Positions 1 through 12,609 of a stretch of DNA of 64,000 nt are shown here, piece after piece. The stretch's first letter is position 1. Each line of letters begins with the position of its first letter. The position numbers and the translations under genes are program-made. Source of the DNA: Malacoraja senta (lineage: Eukaryota); the NCBI GenBank assembly GCA_038087875.1, contig CM075995.1, positions 4,218,001-4,282,000 on the forward strand. Reading direction: 5' to 3'. Below the pieces are notes generated by a model. It did not search any database. It was not told where the DNA came from and saw nothing but the letters and a program-made list of their open reading frames with translations.

Positions 1-79
1 GCACAGGTGCTCAATGGTCAGCGGACTAGAGGGGTCGAAGGGGTATTTCCATGCTGCATCTAATATCAATCCTCAATTG

Positions 80-1330
80 ATATTGAGGATGTAACTAGGA
101 AAATGGACAAGGGAGAGCCAGTGGATGTAGTGTACCTGGACTTTCAGAAAGCCTTTGATAAGATCCCACATAGGAGATTAGTGGGCAAAATTAGAGCGCA
201 TGGTATTGGGAGTAGGGCACTGACATGGATAGAAAATTGGGTGGCAGACAGGAAACAAAGAGTAGGGATTAACAGGTCCCTTTCAGAATGGCAGACAGAG
301 ACTAGTGGGGTACCGCAAGGTTCGGTGCTGGGACTGCAGCTATTTACAATATACATCAATGATTTAGATGAAGAGATTAAAAGTAATATTAGGAAATTTG
401 CAGATGTCTTAAAGCTGGGTGGCAGTGTGAACTGTGAGGAGGATGCTATGAGGATGCAGGGTGACTTGGACAGGTTGGGTAAGTGGGCAGGTGCATGGCA
501 GATGCAGTTTCATGTGGATAAATGTGAGGTTATCCACTTTGGTGATAAAAACAGGAAGGCAGATTATTATCTAAATGTCGTCAAGTTAGGAAAAGGGGAA
601 GTACAATGAGATCTGAGTGTCCTTGTACATCAGTCACCGAAAGTAAGCATCCAGGTACAGCAGGCAGTGAAGAAAGCGGATGGCATGTTGGCCTTCATAA
701 CGTGAGGAGTTGAGTATAGGAGCAAAGAGGTCCTTCTGCAGTTATACAGGGCCCCGGTGAGACCACACCTGGAGTATTGTGTTTAGTTTTGGTCTCCAAA
801 TTTGAGGAAGGACATTCTTGCCATTGAGGGAGTGCAGCGTAGGTTCACCAGGTTAATTCCCGGGATGGCGGGTCTGTCATATGTTGAAAGAATGGAGCGA
901 CTGAGCTTGTAGGATGAGAGGGTATCTTATTGAAACATATAATTTAGAAGGATGAGAGGGAATCTTATTGAAACATATAAGATTATTAAAGGATTGGACC
1001 CGATCGAGGCAGGAAACATGTTCCCGATGTTGGGGGAATCCAGAACCAGGGGCCACAGTTTAAGAATAAGGGGTAGGCCATTTAGAACTGAGATGAGGAA
1101 AAACTTTCTCACTCAGAGAGTTGTGAACCTGTGGAATTCTCTGCCTCAAAAGGCAGTGGAGAACGATTCTCAGGATGCTTTCAAGAGAGAGTTAGATAGA
1201 ACTTAAAGATAGCAGAGTCAAGGGATATGGTGAGAAGGCAGGAACGATGGACTGATTGTGGATGATCAGCCATGATCACAGTGAATAGCGGTGCTGCCTC
1301 AAAGGGCCGAATAGCCTACCCCTGCACCTA
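80..1330 (+). mobile_element. CR1-clade LINE, 5'-truncated ORF2 (RT C-terminal part) plus 3' UTR; decayed
   Basis: ORFs 103..609 (YLDFQKAFDK, GVPQGSVLG, KFAD) and 952..1206 (FLTQRVVNLWNSLP) interrupted by stops; ends in a CTATTGT-type tail. Confidence 0.93.
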
Positions 1331-1533
1331 TTGTCTGTGGTCTATGGTCTATGGTCTATTGTCTATGGTCTATGGTCTATGGTCTATGGTCTATGGTCTA
1401 TGGTCTATGGTCTATGGTCTATTGTCTATGGTCTATTGTCTATTGTCTATGGTCTGTGGTCTATGGTCTGTGGTCTATGGTCTATGGTCTATGGTCTATG
1501 GTCTATGGTCTATGGTCTATGGTCTATTGTCTA
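1328..1533 (+). repeat. (CTATGGT/CTATTGT)n 7-bp microsatellite expanded from the CR1 3' tail
   Basis: Tandem 7-mer directly continuing the CR1 terminus; explains the MVYGLWS ORFs. Confidence 0.95.
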
Positions 1534-2007
1534 TAATTCAAATCAGATTGTAAATTGAATTGTTTACATTTGTTATTTTTCCTGCTGTGTCCATTTTCCC
1601 TCTCTTCAAATCTAAATCATTCTTTGGTCTGCTCTCCCATTTCCTCCTCAATTGCTTGTCGAGTCTTATTGTTTAAATTGGTTGAGGAAAAATTCAATAG
1701 ACTCTATGATCCAGGGGTCTGTGGAGCTGCTTTGACTTTGCTGTGTCATTACCAATTCATGATTTCAGCTGTCCACGATGCAGTGTGCTTAGAATGAAAA
1801 AGATCATATATATTTTAAAAAATCCAATTCACAGCACGCTCACCAAGAGATGTGCTGCATAACAATTTCTGGACCCACAGGGATATTTATGTGTTAAAAA
1901 TGTTAAATACGTGCATTTATTACAAATGTCAGCTGCCAGTTGTTATGCTTTCGGTAGACCTGTGTTACGTGTTTAGCCATCGTAGATTTCTATGCAGTTA
2001 TATTATT

Positions 2008-2133
2008 TTTTAGTTTTAGAGATACAGCACGGAAACATGCCTTTCGGCCCACCGAGTCCGCGCCAACCAGCACATCAACATTATCCTACACACACTTAAT
2101 ACATTTTTACATTTATACTAAGCCAATTAACCT
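2008..2133 (-). mobile_element. V-SINE 3' fragment
   Basis: Matches the 3' end of the full SINE copies in this window. Confidence 0.7.
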
Positions 2134-2139
2134 GGCAAT

Positions 2140-4683
2140 TAAGTCTGCCTAGCCCTGGTTACCTCAGTGTTAGTTCCACTGATTCTTCCCCATCCTTCTC
2201 CAACTATGGGACCCCCTTCTCTTCCCCACCCACACTACAGCACTCTCACCCCCCCAACCCCTGACCACCCACCACCCCCCCACCGCCCACACCCCCACCA
2301 CACATTGCCTCGTCCCCATTCCACCCACCTGCCTTCCTCCGGCCCCAACCCCCATCCCTGCCGGGTGTTCACCATCCCCCCGACCTCCCCCTCTCCGACA
2401 TCGAACGGTCTGTCCTCAGCAGAGGTCTTACCTTTGTCCCCCTCCGTCCCCACCTCAATGAGTTCCGCGCCCTCCATGACTTGGAACGCTTCTACCGTCG
2501 CCTCCGCCTCACGGCGGACTTCCATGGAAGGAGTCCTCGCCCCCCACTGATGACCCCTTTCCCGTCTCCAACGCACCCCCTCCTCGTGGAACCCCCCTCG
2601 TAGCCTTCCTGCTTTAGAACTCTTCATCAAAAACTGCCGCCGTGACATCAACCGCCTCAACTTCTCCACTCCCGTCTCACTCCAATCTCTCCCCCCCTGA
2701 ACGCACTGCCATCGACTCACTCCGCAACAACCTAGATTGGGTTATCAAACCCGCCGACAAGGGAGGTGCCGTGGTAGTCTGGCGCGTCGATCTCTACAAA
2801 GCTGAGGCCACGCGCCAACTCTCGGACACCTCCTCCTACTTACCCCTGGACCATGACCCCACTGACGAGCACCAGGCCACCATCTCCAGCACCATCACCG
2901 ACTTCATCCACTCCCACGCCCTGCCCGACCGAGCCTCCAACCTCATCGTTCCCCAGCCCCGCACAGCCCGATTTTACCTTCTCCCCAAAATCCACAAACC
3001 TGACTGTCCCGGTAGACCCATTGTCTCTGCCTGTTCGTGCCCCACCGAACTCATCTCCACATACCTCGACTCCATCCTATCCCCCTTGGTTAAATCCCTC
3101 CCTACCTATGTTCAAGACACCTCAGACACTCTCCGTCATCTGCGCGCATTCCACTCTCTAGGCCCTCACCCCCTCATCTTCACCATGGACATCCAGTCAT
3201 TGTACACCTCCATCCCCCACCAGGATGGTCTCGAAGCCCTCCGGTTTTTCCTCGACCGAAAGAAGCAACCTATACCCGGCCACTGACACCCTCCTCCGCC
3301 TAGCTTCTCATTTGACTCCTCCCATTTCCTCCAAATACAAGGCGTAGCTATGGGCACACGCATGGGCCCCAGCTACGCCTGCCTCTTTGTCGGGTACGTA
3401 GAACAATCCTTGTTCAATATGTACCAGGGCCCCATCCCCGACCTCTACCTCCGCTACATCGATGACTGTTTTGGTGCCACCTCCTGCACCCACACACAAC
3501 TGACTGACTTCATCCGCTTCACCACCAACTTCCATCCGGCACTCAAATACACTGGACCATTTCTGACACTTCCCTACCATTCCTTGACCTCACTATCTCC
3601 ATCGCAGGTGATAGACTTCATACCGACATCCACTACAAACCTACCAACTCCATGGCTATCTGGACTACACTTCTTCCCACCCTGCTTCCTGTAAGGACTC
3701 CATCCCCACTCTCAATTCCTCTGTCTACGCCGCATCTGCTCCCAGGATGAGGCGTTCCACACCAGGGCATCCGAAATTTCCTCATTCTTCAGGGAACGGG
3801 GGTTCCCCTCCTCCACCATAGATGAGGCTCGCACCAGGGTCTCTGCCATACCTCGCAACACTGCTCTCTCTCCCCATCCCCCCCACTCACAACGCGGGCA
3901 GAGTCCCCCTAGTCCTCACCTTTCACCCACCAGCCGTCACATACAACAAGTGATCCTCCGTCAGTTTCGCCACCTCCAACGTGATCCCACCACTCGCCAC
4001 ATCTTCCCATCTCCCCCCCATGTCTGCTTCGCAAAGACCGCTCCTCCGTAACTCCCTTGTCAATTCTTCCCTTCCCTCCCGTACCACCCCCTCCCCGGGG
4101 TACTTTCCCTTGCAACCGCAAGAGATGCAACACTTGTCCCTTCACCTCCCCCCTCGATTCCATTCAAGGACCCAAGCAGTCGTTCCAGGTGCGACAGAGC
4201 GTAGGCTTGGCGATCGTTTTGCCGAACACCTCCGGTCGGTCCGCAATAACCTACCTGACCTCCCGGTGGCTCAGCACTTCAACTCCCCCTCCCATTCCGT
4301 ATCTGACCTCTCTGTCCTGGGTCTCCTCCATGGCCACAGCGAGCAACACCGGAAATTGGAGGAAATGCTCCTCATATTCTGCTTGGGCAGTTTACATCCT
4401 GGGGGCATGAACATTGAATTCTCCCAACTCTGCTAGCCCTTGCTGTCCACACCCCTTCATCAGCCCTTCTGGTTGTCTCCTCCCATCCCCCAGCCCTCGG
4501 GCTCCTCCTCCGCCTTTTTTCCTTTTTTCTTTCTTCTCCCCACCCCCTATCAGTCTGAAGAAGGGTTTCGGCCCGAAACGTTGCCTATTTCCTTCGCTCC
4601 ATAGATGCTGCTGCACCCGCTGAGTTTCTCCAGCATTTTTGTGTACCTTCGATTTTCCAGCATCTGCAGTTCCTTCTTTAACA
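2140..4683 (+). mobile_element. Penelope-like retroelement (RT + Cys linker + partial GIY-YIG; Neptune-like), frameshifted, ending in a pseudo-LTR
   Basis: Translated fragments IKPADKGGAVVVW, FYLLPKIHKP..GRPIVS, MGTRMGPSYACLF, YLRYIDD, CNRKRCNTCP, RLGDRFAEH..PVAQHFN..GMNIEF; terminal repeat about 4550-4683. Confidence 0.92.
4551..4586 (+). ncRNA. Minimal type I hammerhead ribozyme-like motif in the Penelope pseudo-LTR
   Basis: CTGAAGA (4555-4561)-A-GGGT TTCG GCCC-GAAAC-GTT: conserved CUGANGA and GAAA cores around a 4-bp stem II with a UUCG loop; palindromic ACGU helix III. Confidence 0.7.
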
Positions 4684-4870
4684 ACCTACAAACCTGTACA
4701 TCTTTGGAGTGTGGGAGGAAACCGAAGATCTCGAAGAAAAATCACGTGGTCACGGGGAGAACGTACACACTCCGTACAGACAGCACCCATAGTCGGGATC
4801 GAACCCGGGTCTCCAGCGCTGCGAATGCTGTAAGGCAGCAACTCTACCGCTGCACCACCGTGCCGCCCTC
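4684..4870 (-). mobile_element. tRNA-derived V-SINE (HE1-like), 5' part
   Basis: Reverse complement of GGCGGCACGGTGGTGCAGCGGTAGAG..GGTTCGATCC (A/B boxes) plus the V-domain. Confidence 0.85.
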
Positions 4871-4997
4871 CTAACCGTGGTTGTACAGCCATACATTCTT
4901 TTCACATTTCCAAGCTTTTCCGTCTGTCCTGCAGTGAGAATCATCCACCCCATCCAATCCTACTTCCCTGCTTTGCAAATGGCTACTTTATGCTATT

Positions 4998-5492
4998 TAG
5001 AAACATAGAAACATTGGAAATAGATGCAGGAGTAGGCCATTCGGCCCTTCGAGACATTCAATATGATCTTGGCTGATCATCCAAAATCAGTATCCCGTTC
5101 CTGCTTTCTCTCCATATCCCTTGATTCCATTAGCCCGAAGAGCTATATCTAACTCTTTGTCTAATCCCTGAAGAATTTTATGTTTCTATAAGATATCCTC
5201 TCATCCTAAATTCCAGTGAATACAAGCCCAGTTGATCCATTCTTTCATCATATGTCAGTCCCGCCATCCCGAGAATTAACCTGGTGAACCTACACTGCAT
5301 TCCCTCAATAGCAAGAATGTCACTCCTCAAATTTGGAGACCAAAACTTAACACAATACTCCAGGTGTGGTCTCACCAGGGCCCTGTACAACTGCAGTAGG
5401 ACCTCCTTGCTCCTATACTCAAATCCTCTCGCTATGAAGGCCAGCATGCCATTTGCTTTCTTCACTCTGCTGTACCTGTATGCTTACTTTCA
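4998..5492 (-). mobile_element. CR1 LINE 3' fragment
   Basis: ORF 5178..5465 (LYRALVRPHLEYCVKFWSP); tail near 5000. Confidence 0.9.
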
Positions 5493-5624
5493 ATACCCAG
5501 TATGTAACTGTGACTGATTGCACTAAATCAAAATATTGATTAAAACTGACAAGTGTCAATCAATATTTATAATTACTCAATGAAATGAACCTGGTCAGAT
5601 CAGTTTCGTTTATTACAATTACAG

Positions 5625-6030
5625 GTTAGGTTATTGTCACGTGTACCGAGGTACAGTGAAAAGCTTTTGTTGCGTGCTATCCAGTCAGCGGAAAAACAAT
5701 ATATGTTTACGATCGAGCCATTGACAGTGTATAGATACATGAGAAGAGAATAACGTTTAGTGCAAGGTAGAGCCAGTAAAGTTCGATCAAGGATAGTCCG
5801 AGGTTAGACAAAATTGCTGGAGAAACTCAGCGGGTGAGGCAGCATCTATGGAGCGAAGGATTTGGTGACATTTCGGGTCGAGACCCTTCTTCAGACTGAT
5901 ATGGGGGGGTGGCGGGAAGAAGAGGACTAAGGATAGTTCGAGGGTCACCAGTGAGGCAGACAGTAGTTCAGCACTGCTCTCTGGTTGTGGTAGGGTGGTT
6001 CGGTTGCCTGATAACAGCTGGGAAGAAACT
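5625..6030 (-). mobile_element. Rex1/Babar-like LINE 3' end, interrupted by a Penelope pLTR unit
   Basis: Same 3' UTR as 8100-8388 (GTACCTCGGTACACGTGACAATAA); SFFPAVIRQ motif. Confidence 0.75.
5804..5928 (-). mobile_element. Solo Penelope pLTR/hammerhead unit with 15-bp TSD
   Basis: Flanked by AAGGATAGTCCGAGG (5789-5803) and AAGGATAGTTCGAGG (5929-5943). Confidence 0.85.
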
Positions 6031-7155
6031 TGGGGGTAGGGTGTTGACATGGATAGAAAATTGGTTGGCAGACAGGAAGCAAAGAGTAGGAGTGAACGGG
6101 TCCTTTTCAGAATGGCAGGCAGTGGCGAGTGGAGTGCCGCAAGGCTCGGTGTTGGGGCCGCAACAGTTTACCATATATATATTAATGATTTGGAAGAGGG
6201 AATTAGGAGCAACGCTAGTAAGTTTGCAGATGACACAAAGCTGGGTGGCAGTGTGAACTGTGAAGAGGATATTAGGAGGTTGCAGGGTGACCTGGACAGG
6301 TTGAGTGAGTGGGCAGATGCGTGGCAGATGCAGTATAATATAGATAAATGTGAGGTTATCTACTTTGGTGACAAGAACAAGGGGGCAGATTATTATCTCA
6401 ATGGGGTTAGGTTAGGTAAGGGTGAGGTGCAGCGAGACGTGGGTGTCCTTGTACACCAGTCACTGAAAGTTGGCGTGCAGGTACAGCAGGCAGTGAAGAA
6501 AGCTAATGGAATGTTAGCCTTCATGACAAGAGGATTTCAGTATAGGAGTAAAGAGGTTCTTCTGCAGTTGTATAGGGCTCTGGTAAGAACACATTTGGAG
6601 TATTGTGTTCAGTTTTGGTCTCCTAATTTGAGGAAGGACATCCTTGTGATTGAGGCAGTGCAGCATAGGTTCATGAGATTGATCCCTGGGTTGGCGGGAC
6701 TGTCATATGAGGAAAGATTGAAAAGACTAGGCTTGTATTCACTGGAGTTTAGAAGGATAAGGGGAGATCTTATAGAAACATATAAAATTATAAAAGGACT
6801 GGACAAGCTAGATGCAGGAAAAATGTTCCCAATATTGGGCGAGTCCAGAACCAGGGGCCACAGTCTTAGAATAAAGGGGAGGTCATTTAAGACTGAGGTG
6901 AGAAAAAACCTTTTCACCCAGAGAGTTGTGAATTTGTGGAATTCCCTGCCGCAGAGGGCAGTGGAGGCCAAATCACTGGATGGATTTTACAGAGAGTTAG
7001 ATAGAGCTCTAGGGGCTAGTGGAATCAAGGGGTATGGGGAGAAGGCAGGCACGGGTTATTGATTGGGGATGATCAGCCATGATCACAATGAATGGCGGTG
7101 CTGGCTCGAAAGGCCGAATGGCCTCCTCCTGCACCTATTTTCTATGTTTCTATGT
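6031..7155 (+). mobile_element. CR1 LINE, 5'-truncated, relatively young
   Basis: GVPQGSVLGP, one frameshift near 6175, then open through KFADDTKLGG to the stop at 7062; TTCTATGT tail. Confidence 0.95.
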
Positions 7156-7354
7156 CCCTGAATCTGGAGGTGTGTATTTTCACATCTCTATAGCTTTCGC
7201 CTCATGGGAGAGGGGACCGAGAGCTCAGGTATTTAGACCACTCATTAAATTGCCAGTGTATGATGGAACTTTTGCAATATCTTCAAGACTGAAATCTTTG
7301 TTCATTGCGCTATAATTCGCATTAGATCTTGTTGCTTGGACATAAACGTTGATG

Positions 7355-8678
7355 GGATACTAAATTTGCAGATGACACCAAGTTTGCTGGAGTCACGGAC
7401 AGTGAGAAAGTGTTGTAGTATACAGCGGGATATAGATCAGCCACTAAACTGAGCTAAATAAATGGCAGATGAAGTTTAATCCGAGCAAGTGTGAGCTGTT
7501 GCTCTTTGGGAGGTTGGATATAAAGAAAAAATATACAATTAATGGCATGACCTTTAACAGATTGATGTACAGAAGGATCTTCGAGTCCAAGTCCATAACT
7601 CCCTGAAAATGGCAAAACAAGTAGATAGAGTGGTAAGGAAAGCATGTGGTATGCTTGCCTTCACTGGTCAGGGCATTGAGTATAAGAGTCAGGAAGTCAT
7701 GACGCAACTTTATATTACTTTCGTTAGGCTGCATCTGGAGTATTGCGTGCAGTTCTGGTCACCCCATTACTAGAAGGATGGGAGGCTATGGAAGGTGCAA
7801 TGGAGGTTTATAAGAATGATGCCTGGATTAAGGTTTATTAGCTACTGGGAGAGATTTGCTGACTTGGATTGTTTTCCTTGAAATGCAATAGGTTGAGAGG
7901 AGACCTGATGGAGGTATATAAAATAATGAGTGGCGTATATACGGTAGGCAGTTTTTTCCAAGTATGGACTGGGCAAGGCTATGCTCGGCAAGGCTAGCAG
8001 CATAATCAAGGATGAGTCGCACCCTGGCCCCTCTCCCTTCTCCCCTCTCCCATCACGCAAGAGGTATAGAAGTGTGAAAACGCATATTTCCAGATTCAGG
8101 GACAGTTTCTACCCAGGTGTAATCAGGCCACTGATTCATTCTACCACAACTAGAGAGCAGTCCTGATCTACCATCTACCTGATTGGAGACCCTCGGACTA
8201 TCTTTGATCGGACTTTACTGGACTGTCTTGCACTCAACATTATTCACGTTATTCCCTTTATCATGTATCTGCACACTGTGGACGGCTCGACTGTAATCAT
8301 GTATTGTCTTTCTGCTGACTGGTTAGCACGCAACAAAGGCTTTTCACTGTACCTCGATGCACGTGACAAAAAAACAAACTAAACAAAACTAGATATATCA
8401 AAATATAGAGGGCACATCTTTAAGATGTAAGGGGCGAAGTTTAAAGGAGATGTGCGAGGAAAGTTTTTTACACTGAGGGTGGAGAGTACATGGAACACTC
8501 TGGCAGAGGTGGTGATACAATAGTGGCATGTAAGAGACTTTTAGATAGGCACATGGATATGCAGGGAATGGAGATATATGGATTATGTGCAGGCAGACAG
8601 GAGTTGATCATGGCATTATGTCTGGTGGAGACATTGTGGGTTGAAGAGTCTGTTCCTCCGCTGTACTATACTATGTTA
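7355..8678 (+). mobile_element. Old CR1 LINE with a nested Rex1/Babar-like 3' fragment (about 7975-8388)
   Basis: Degenerate KFADDTK and LEYCVQFWSP DNA; nested ORF SIIKDESHPG..FSPLPSRKRYRS..FRDSFYP. Confidence 0.8.
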
Positions 8679-8679
8679 T

Positions 8680-8952
8680 AAAGTGATACAATGTGGAAAC
8701 AGGCCCTTCGGCCCAACTGGCCCAAACCAGCCAACATGTCCCAGCTACACCATTCCCACCTGCCCGCGTTTGGCCCATATCCCTCCTAACTTGTCCTATC
8801 CATGTACCTGTCTAACTGTTTCTTAAATGTTGGGATAGTCCCAGCCTCAACACCTCCTCTGGCAGTTTGTTCCATACCCCCACCACCCTTTGTGTGAAAA
8901 AGATATCCCTCAGATTCCTATTAAATCTCGACTCCTGGCAACATCCTCGTAA
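8680..8952 (-). mobile_element. CR1 LINE 3' fragment, tail-to-tail with the previous copy
   Basis: Same family as 26503-26862, 30105-30635 and 32765-33273. Confidence 0.85.
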
Positions 8953-9352
8953 TGTTCCATGTATTCGATTTTGTGTAAATGTTTTGCAACACGAAATGAT
9001 TTCAATCAGCTGTTTTCTTGAGTTGGGAAGGTGATTTACGTCTCAAGTTACCAATGGATTAAGGCATTACACATTTCATTTACATTTGTACACAGACCAA
9101 CAAAGGTAAATTATCATAATCGCATGAATACAGAGGAGACCTTGTTCGGGAAAAATAGGTCAGTTTGCCTTTTAAGCCAGATTTAAAATGTTAATTGCTA
9201 TGTACTTCACTGAACAAGCTGTAAATCCGAGCTGGTAATGTGGAATTGGCAGTACGTGTGAGTTTATAACTGCTAACTGTCTTGATGTATTGGGGTTTTA
9301 AAATCATGAATCATAAATCAACACTGTAAATTGCTTTGTAATGATTTTGCAG

Positions 9353-9757
9353 GTTGGACTGATTGCCGGGACAGCCATGCTTCTCATAGGATTGGTAGTG
9401 ATTGCAACTGGCTATTTGGTGCCACCCAAGATTGAAGCATTCGGAGAGGAAGAGGAGGATTTTCTGGTGGTGGACGGGCGGGCTGTCCAGTTCAACATGG
9501 CACTGGATATTTGCAAGCTGGCAGGCGCCATCCTCTTCTGCATTGGCGGCATAGTGATGGCCGTCTGTCTCCTGATGTCCGCCTTTGCCACGAGTTACTC
9601 CAAAGAAGAAAAATATCTGCAGCAGAGGTTCAAGGAACGGATAGCGGAAACCCAGACCTCGACCAAACCCATCACCAAAGCACCTGCCCCAGGTGACCAT
9701 AAAATCCCAATCACCTTATCCAAAGTACACAACGTGCAGCCTAAATCAGAGACCTGA
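9353..9757 (+). CDS. NRSN1: Neurensin-1, last coding exon (134 aa + stop)
   Basis: Acceptor ttttgcag|GTT at 9352/9353, phase 0; VGLIAGT..GYLVPPKIEAFGE..AVQFN.ALD..KLAGAILFCIGG..SYSKEEK.LQQ.FKERIA..KIPITLSKVHNVQP matches the NRSN1 C-terminal part; TGA at 9755-9757. Confidence 0.95.
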   Translation, partial: VGLIAGTAMLLIGLVVIATGYLVPPKIEAFGEEEEDFLVVDGRAVQFNMALDICKLAGAILFCIGGIVMAVCLLMSAFATSYSKEEKYLQQRFKERIAETQTSTKPITKAPAPGDHKIPITLSKVHNVQPKSET

Positions 9758-10465
9758 AGTGTAAATATTAGATGTTGCATAAGTTGTAAATTAGCTACAC
9801 CAGACCAAGTCTTTTTAAATGTTTTACCATATTTTTATAGCAATTTAGAGGCAGTTCGTGTATCCATCTACTACATTTTAGATTCATGCCTTTCTTCAGT
9901 AAGTTTATCATGTAAGAATCTCAAATCTGAGATTTTGACTTGTTTTAATCTTATGGTACAATCTCCTGAAAGCTGTAACTTGCAGATGATTTGTCTCCAA
10001 AGTGTAATGGCTTTTATGTGTATTTGAAATGAATTAAAGTGTTTGAGTGATAACTGAGCTAAAATATGAATTTTACTTTTTTCCCTTCTCTCTTTATCAC
10101 ACAAGGGCTTTATTTTTCATGTTTAATTTTTATTTGTTAATGAAAACATTGAAGAAACATTTAGACAGGTACATGGATAGGACAGGTATAGAGTGATATG
10201 AGCCAAACGCAGACAGGTGGGACGAGTGTAGCTGTGACATGTTGGCCAGCATGGGCAAGCTGGGCGGAAGGGCCTGTTTCCATGCTTTAAGACTCTATGA
10301 GTATGATAAAATGCCTCAATATGTTGCACTTCTTTCCAGAGTTAACTGGAAATGCAGAATTAAATCTGTGACATGTAAATATAGTTTACTATATTGTTCT
10401 GTTGGATAACACAAGTGAGCAGTACAAGTACCAAGTGTTGCTAATGTCCTGGTTGGTCTCACGTT

Positions 10466-10471
10466 AATAAA
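10466..10471 (+). promoter_or_regulatory. Candidate polyadenylation signal for NRSN1
   Basis: AATAAA about 710 nt after the stop codon; others exist downstream (e.g. 11987-11992). Confidence 0.25.
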
Positions 10472-10660
10472 ACATTAACAGCTGGCTTAAAACATCACAC
10501 TGAGACAGACGAGAAAACGCTTATAAATAATGCCTAACCAATGCTAACATGGAGTAGAGGGAGCTGCATTCCCCAATGACTGTCCCCTGTTTTGTTTGCA
10601 CAAATACCTGATGCTATTGTTACTATAATGTTACTAAAATTTAAAAAAAAAGAGCACTCT

Positions 10661-10841
10661 GGGCAGCACGGTGGCGCAGCAGTAGAGTTGCTGCCTTACA
10701 GCGCCAGAGACCCGGGTTCGATCCTGACTACGGGTGCTGTCTGTACGGAGTTTGCACGTTCTCCCCGTGACTTGCGTGGGTTTTCTCCAAGATCTTCGGT
10801 TTCCTCCCACACTCCAAAGACGTACAGGTTTGTAGGTTAAT
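10661..10841 (+). mobile_element. V-SINE, 3'-truncated
   Basis: GGGCAGCACGGTGGCGCAGCAGTAGAG..GGGTTCGATCC head plus the V-domain. Confidence 0.88.
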
Positions 10842-10967
10842 TCTTCCATGGAATATTTTCTAATAATCGGGATCACAGGCGTTATGTGTGTACAGTGAAT
10901 GCAATTGCAAAGAAAAGCAGCAAAACAGCAAGTGTACTTTATCTAGAACATTGAGTCTCTTATAATT

Positions 10968-11762
10968 TCATAAGTTATAGGAGCAGAATTAGGCCATTCG
11001 GCCCATCAAGTCTACTCCGTCATTCAATCATGTCTGATCCATCTTTGAATGGCCTAATTCTGCTCCTATAACTTACAAGAGCAGAATAAATATAGGAGCA
11101 ATATATAAAATCAATCTTTATTGATCCATCCATTCTCCTGCCTTCTCCCCATAACCCCCAACATCGGTATTAATCAAGAATCTGTCAATCTCCACCTTAC
11201 AAATATCTATTAACGGCCTCCACAGCCTTCTGTGGCAATGAATTCGACAGATTCACCACTGACTGACTAAAGAAATTGCCCCTCATCTCCTTTCTAAAGG
11301 TGTGTCCTTTTATTCTGAGGCTATGGCCTCTGGTCCTAGACTCTCCCACTAGTGGAAACATCCTCTCCATATACACTCCATCCAGGCCTTTCATTATTCA
11401 GTAAGTTTCAATGAGGTCTTCCCTCATCCTTCTAAATTCCAGGGAGTACAGGCCCAATGCTGTCAAATGCTTATTTTAAGCCATTTATGACCATGTAAGC
11501 ATTTACCTGGAGCAATATGAAACCAGTCCCATTGCTGTACTCTCTCAAGGTAATCAAAGGTTCATAGGTTCATTATTTCCAGGAGCAGAATTAAGCCATT
11601 CGGCCCATGAAGTCTACCCCGCCATTGAATCATGGCTGATCTATCTCTCCCTCACAACCCTATTCTCCTGCCTTCTCTCCATAACCCCTGACCTTTGTAC
11701 TAATCAAGAATCTATCCATCTCTGCCTTAAAAAGATCCATTAGCTTGGCCTCCACAGCCTTC
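10968..11762 (-). mobile_element. Two CR1 3' fragments
   Basis: ORF 11197..11394 (MFPLVGESRTRGHSLRIKG); repeated AGCAGAATTAGGCCATTCGGCCC tails. Confidence 0.8.
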
Positions 11763-12609
11763 ATGAAAAGCATGTTGCTCTTTTATTGTCTTTGTTCAGC
11801 AAATAATCAACGTTCACTGGGCAAATCAAAAAATGGCACTGAGTCACTTAATTTTCTATTCAAAAATGAAACATAATAATTAGAGCACATTATGACTCGC
11901 TTTGCCAAAGAAATGTTGATAGCTTTAATGTGCCGAGATGAAAGGAAGCTGGTGACGGGTACTAGTTTCTAGGAAACACTAGAGGCAATAAAGGACGCTT
12001 TATTTACACAGTTTAAATGTAATGATGAATGTGCCATATATATATCTATATATATATATAGATATATATATATGTATATATGTATATATTTATATACATT
12101 AACATCCACAAAATGTGCAAAAGCTTAAGGACAGTTTTCCCTTGCGGTAAACAAACTATCATGAGCTAGTTTCAGCAGTGACTACAGTTACAACATTATA
12201 GAGGTACAAAGAACACACTACAGGATTCTGCAGGCTTCCGGCTTGTTCATTACACAGGCCAATAATCCATAACACCTATTGACCGAATCATGAGAAGGGA
12301 GCAGGAATCTAACAGATAAGAAGTTAAATTGTAATCTGTCGAGCATCTTTACATTTCACATTTTCATCAGGTGGGTACCTTGACCTCTGGCATGAAGGGT
12401 AATATGCTGGAGTCATTGGAAAACTGAAAAATACTAAATAGTTGCTTAAAATGCCATGTTCATCTTGGATGGCAATGACTGCATGGGCAATGCTTGATTC
12501 ATTGTTCATGTAAAATGTATTGTTGAAACTGTCTTTTATGAACTGTGAATGAATTCATTGTGTACTCCCTTTGGAATCCGGACCAGAATACAGAGTCATG
12601 GAAGATGTG

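Noticed and set aside
1272..1558. Hydrophobic repeat ORFs (MVYGLWS)n
   Set aside because: Translations of a 7-bp microsatellite in all frames
10661..10730. tRNA gene
   Set aside because: The A/B boxes belong to V-SINE heads; no complete cloverleaf
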